36,707 nt of DNA from an uncultured Thermococci archaeon (lineage in GTDB: Archaea; Methanobacteriota_B; Thermococci; Methanofastidiosales; NM3), in contig CAYSZY010000001.1 in assembly GCA_964435645.1 (NCBI GenBank), forward strand, positions 1 through 36,707, in the 5' to 3' direction. The translations under genes were made by a program, and so were the position numbers. The notes below the pieces were generated by a model that saw only the letters and a list, made by a program, of their open reading frames with translations, did no database searches and had not been told where the DNA came from. Shown here piece by piece: positions 33,931 to 36,707 of this stretch (its first letter is position 1; every line of letters starts with the position of its first letter).

Positions 33931-35524
33931 ACGGGAGCACACCAGCATTGTCTCCAAGGTGGGCGGGGTATTCTTTTTCCTGTGGATTATCAGCCTCGGT
34001 TCCAACGTATTGGGATCATACCAGTACAAGAAAGAGTTTCTACTCATTTCATTGGCATTATGGGTACTTGACGCATTTATCGGCGCATGCCGCACGCGGG
34101 ATGCCACGGTGGGGAAAAGGCTTGCGCACGGGTTCCTAAAAATGGGCTCCATGTCGCTTGGATTCTGGATATTGCTCCATACCCTCAATGCCATTGGATG
34201 GCTTGAGCAATGGTGGGGCCAGTATATCACCTATGCCCTGTGGGCCGCACTCGTGTTCATATGTGCAGGATTTATGCTCAATGCGCTACTATCAAAGGGG
34301 CACGTATGGAAAGTACGCTCGGGCATGTACTCTGCAGGCGGTATCGTCCTCTTATTTTGGGCAGTATTGCGCTACCAGGGGCTTTATGCACCTTCACAGG
34401 ACATGGCCATTGTCGCGGGAATTGCGCTCATATCTGTGGGATTTCTCATTGGGGCAGCGAAAAAGGAATATGACTACCCCTTTATCAATGAGGCATATGC
34501 AGGGATACGGGAAAAGATGGTAGAGGTGCCGGTATTTGAGGCATCGGACTCCGTGCATGTGCTTACCGAGGAATCAAAGATTGGAAATGATGCATCCATA
34601 ACAATCAATGCCGGTTCGCTGTTCGTGGACATCTTCAAGGATGCAATCCATGTTGGGACAGTGTACTTCGGCGAATGCAGCTATGCCATACGCACAACGG
34701 TACATACGCTAACGGGGCATGCCGCCAGCATGGTATACGGCCACGGCACAGAATGGAACGAAGCGCTGTATGGACAAGGATCACGACGGGCCGAGCAGGG
34801 GGACTTTGCCAGGTTCGGTCTCACAAAGAAGGACATCAAGGAACTTGGGCTTATCTTCGCATCAAACGACCCCCGTGCTGCAGAGAAATTCGAAGACATC
34901 ATCCAGCGCATCACAGAGACCGGTAAAAAAGTATCACTCCCGTTTATCAAAGTGTTTGAAAGCAGTGAGGGAGATTACGTCAAAGTCGGCCCCATTCAAG
35001 TGACAGACCTGAAGGGAAAAGGGTCGAAGGTGCGCATTGGAAACAGGACGTTTGTGGATCCGAAAGACGCGGTCCCCCATGACGGCGAGCACGAAGGCAT
35101 TGCCATCAGGATAAGGACGCCGGACAACACCATATCCCTCGTTATCGACAGCCATGGGATCCTGGCAGAGGATAATACGTTTAGCGTCGCCATCACATCG
35201 TCGGGCGAATCCATCGAGAAGGGGGATGTCTCTTACACCAATGATGGAAGGAAAAAAATCATTGAATCCCCCTTTGCTGAAATAGTGGCAAAGAAGGATA
35301 GGATAAACGTAAAGACAGATACGCTTAAAGTAACCATCAAAGGCGGGCTTATCACCGCATCCAAGGCGCAGCGGCACATTGAGACGACAAATGAGGCACT
35401 CGCACAGCTTTTTTCTCGAAGAATCGAGGCGTTTTTCCCTGCCGTTGTCGACGGCGCGCTTAAGGGTGATAAGACGGCTATCTCGCACCTGGAAAAATCG
35501 CTGCTGGAAGAGCTGGACCTATGA
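33917..35524 (+). CDS. Uncharacterised membrane protein: 6 predicted TM helices and a soluble domain of about 350 aa from no family I recognise
   Basis: It overlaps the ArsR gene by 14 nt (an ATG at 33923 is an alternative). Six hydrophobic helices fall in the first 200 aa or so. The remainder is beta-rich looking, with His/Cys patches (GECSYAIRTTVHTLTGHAASMVYGHG, PHDGEHEG). Confidence 0.7.
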   Translation: MNMNEREHTSIVSKVGGVFFFLWIISLGSNVLGSYQYKKEFLLISLALWVLDAFIGACRTRDATVGKRLAHGFLKMGSMSLGFWILLHTLNAIGWLEQWWGQYITYALWAALVFICAGFMLNALLSKGHVWKVRSGMYSAGGIVLLFWAVLRYQGLYAPSQDMAIVAGIALISVGFLIGAAKKEYDYPFINEAYAGIREKMVEVPVFEASDSVHVLTEESKIGNDASITINAGSLFVDIFKDAIHVGTVYFGECSYAIRTTVHTLTGHAASMVYGHGTEWNEALYGQGSRRAEQGDFARFGLTKKDIKELGLIFASNDPRAAEKFEDIIQRITETGKKVSLPFIKVFESSEGDYVKVGPIQVTDLKGKGSKVRIGNRTFVDPKDAVPHDGEHEGIAIRIRTPDNTISLVIDSHGILAEDNTFSVAITSSGESIEKGDVSYTNDGRKKIIESPFAEIVAKKDRINVKTDTLKVTIKGGLITASKAQRHIETTNEALAQLFSRRIEAFFPAVVDGALKGDKTAISHLEKSLLEELDL

Positions 35525-35582
35525 CCGGGGGCACCCCCTGCAAATTCGTAACGTTTTTTAATGCAATAACAAAAGAGAAGGC

Positions 35583-36530
35583 ATGCCTGCAGGGAAAATC
35601 CCCCCAAATATACTGAAAAAAATAGTATTCAAGTCTCTAGGGGCAAAAATCGATGATGTCATTGTCGGGCCAGCGATCGGAGAGGACGCTGCCGTAGTGA
35701 AGGGGGATTCCCGGAATCTGGTCATTGCAAGCGACCCCGTGACAGGGGCAAAAAAGAACATCGGGCTTCATGCGGTGCATGTCAACGCCAACGACATAGC
35801 CGCAACGGGTGCGGACCCGCGCTTTTTTATGGTGACGCTACTCCTCACAGAAGGGACTGAGGAACAGGAGATCCATGACATCGCATCGCAAATCCACACG
35901 GCATGCACGGAGGTTGGTGCGGCTGTCGTGGGGGGACATACGGAGATTACCCCAGGGATAAACCATACCATCATTGCGGGTACGATGTTCGGCTACACAG
36001 ACCGGCCCATCAGGACAGGCGGCGCATCTGTCGGAGACAGCATTATCCTGACAAAGGGTGCCGGCATAGAAGGGACGTCCATACTGGCCCATGAGCATGA
36101 GCAAACGCTGGCAGAACACTTCGGGGGCCGGTTCGTAGCCCGGGCAAAAACGTACTCGGGCATGATGTCAATCCTGCCTGAGGCGCGCATAATGCGACAA
36201 TGGGCCACAGCGCTGCACGACCCCACTGAAGGTGGCATTGCAGGTGCCCTCAACGAAATGGCGCTTGCGTCGGGGAAGGGGTTTTCAGTGCACCCTGAAT
36301 CCGTGCCCATACGTGAGGAAACAGCACGGATATGCGGATACTATGGATGCGACCCTCTGCAGCTCATCAGCTCGGGGTCGCTGCTGGCTGCGGTACCGCC
36401 GGAGCATACAGATAAGGCGCTCGGGGCGTTGGCACGGCATGGGATCAGCGCAGCCCGCATCGGGGTGATAACACAAGATGGCACTACCATGCCGATGCCT
36501 GACCACGATGCATTATGGGACATCCTCTGA
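35583..36530 (+). CDS. AIR-synthase-related (PurM/HypE/ThiL-fold) protein
   Basis: 315 aa. GEDAAVV, DPVTG, NDIAATGA, GGHTE and DPTEGG motifs of the PurM superfamily. It may correspond to the PurM-like methanogenesis marker family, but that is unverified. Confidence 0.8.
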   Translation: MPAGKIPPNILKKIVFKSLGAKIDDVIVGPAIGEDAAVVKGDSRNLVIASDPVTGAKKNIGLHAVHVNANDIAATGADPRFFMVTLLLTEGTEEQEIHDIASQIHTACTEVGAAVVGGHTEITPGINHTIIAGTMFGYTDRPIRTGGASVGDSIILTKGAGIEGTSILAHEHEQTLAEHFGGRFVARAKTYSGMMSILPEARIMRQWATALHDPTEGGIAGALNEMALASGKGFSVHPESVPIREETARICGYYGCDPLQLISSGSLLAAVPPEHTDKALGALARHGISAARIGVITQDGTTMPMPDHDALWDIL

Positions 36531-36652
36531 GTTCTTCCGACTCAAAATATCTTTTATAAGCATATTTAGCATAATTAATAATTATTATAAAACGAATCCA
36601 TAATCTAGAGCAACATTTATATTTTTTGATATATAATATGCATGGTGATATA

Positions 36653-36707
36653 ATGGGTACGATAGTGAAGATAGAACGGCCGGCCCTCAAGAATGGCCCC
36701 CGCTGTT
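36653..36707 (+). CDS. 5' end of an unidentified ORF running off the window
   Basis: MGTIVKIERPALKNGPRC... follows a TATA-like ATTTATAT at 36615-36622. It is too short to identify. Confidence 0.25.
   Translation, partial: MGTIVKIERPALKNGPRC

Noticed and set aside
36531-36652. Very AT-rich spacer at the window end. I inspected it for repeats, MITE ends and origin-like elements.
   Set aside because: I found no convincing direct or inverted repeats. It looks like an ordinary AT-rich promoter region for the truncated last ORF.

Overview
Densely coding archaeal chromosomal window of about 40 genes on both strands. The host is almost certainly a methanogen or other MCR-using archaeon. Evidence: mcrC and the MCR-activation ATPase atwA, replication factor C (rfcS/rfcL), RtcB RNA ligase, an archaeal-type LeuRS, an intron-containing tRNA-Leu(CAA) with a canonical bulge-helix-bulge motif, TATA-box promoters, and many leaderless or 4-nt-overlapping genes. 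A Methanomassiliicoccales/Thermoplasmata-like origin is only a guess.

Content from left to right:
- tRNA-Leu, acyl-CoA thioesterase, a prenyltransferase-like toroid protein and a nitroreductase
- a 40-aa symporter accessory peptide (below the ORF-track cutoff) with its sodium:solute symporter
- a Cys-rich ferredoxin and an EamA transporter
- atwA-mcrC-HAD operon
- feoA-feoB-dtxR, chained by 4-nt overlaps to three uncharacterised membrane proteins
- creatininase-family protein, UPF0200 kinase, rtcB, a BlaI-like regulator, rfcS and rfcL
- geranylgeranyl reductase, tag, an Fe-S protein, DUF134, DUF5320 and msrA
- leuS, a TrxR-like flavoprotein and an exported thioredoxin-like lipoprotein
- a TnpB (IS200/IS605) remnant
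- cobC-like, cobT and cobS
- a lower-GC segment encoding a RING/PHD-like zinc-finger/TM/3x CARDB-like/thioredoxin-like surface protein, an ArsR regulator and a 6-TM protein with a large unknown soluble domain
- an AIR-synthase-related protein

No rRNA genes, CRISPR array, integrase or intact mobile element were seen.

Best candidates for an undescribed system:
1. The RING-like surface protein with the ArsR/membrane-protein pair (31.3-35.5 kb).
2. The membrane-protein triad translationally chained to feoB-dtxR (11.4-14.7 kb).
3. The P-type-ATPase-like HAD protein coupled to mcrC/atwA.

All functional calls come from motif recognition by eye. No database search was run.
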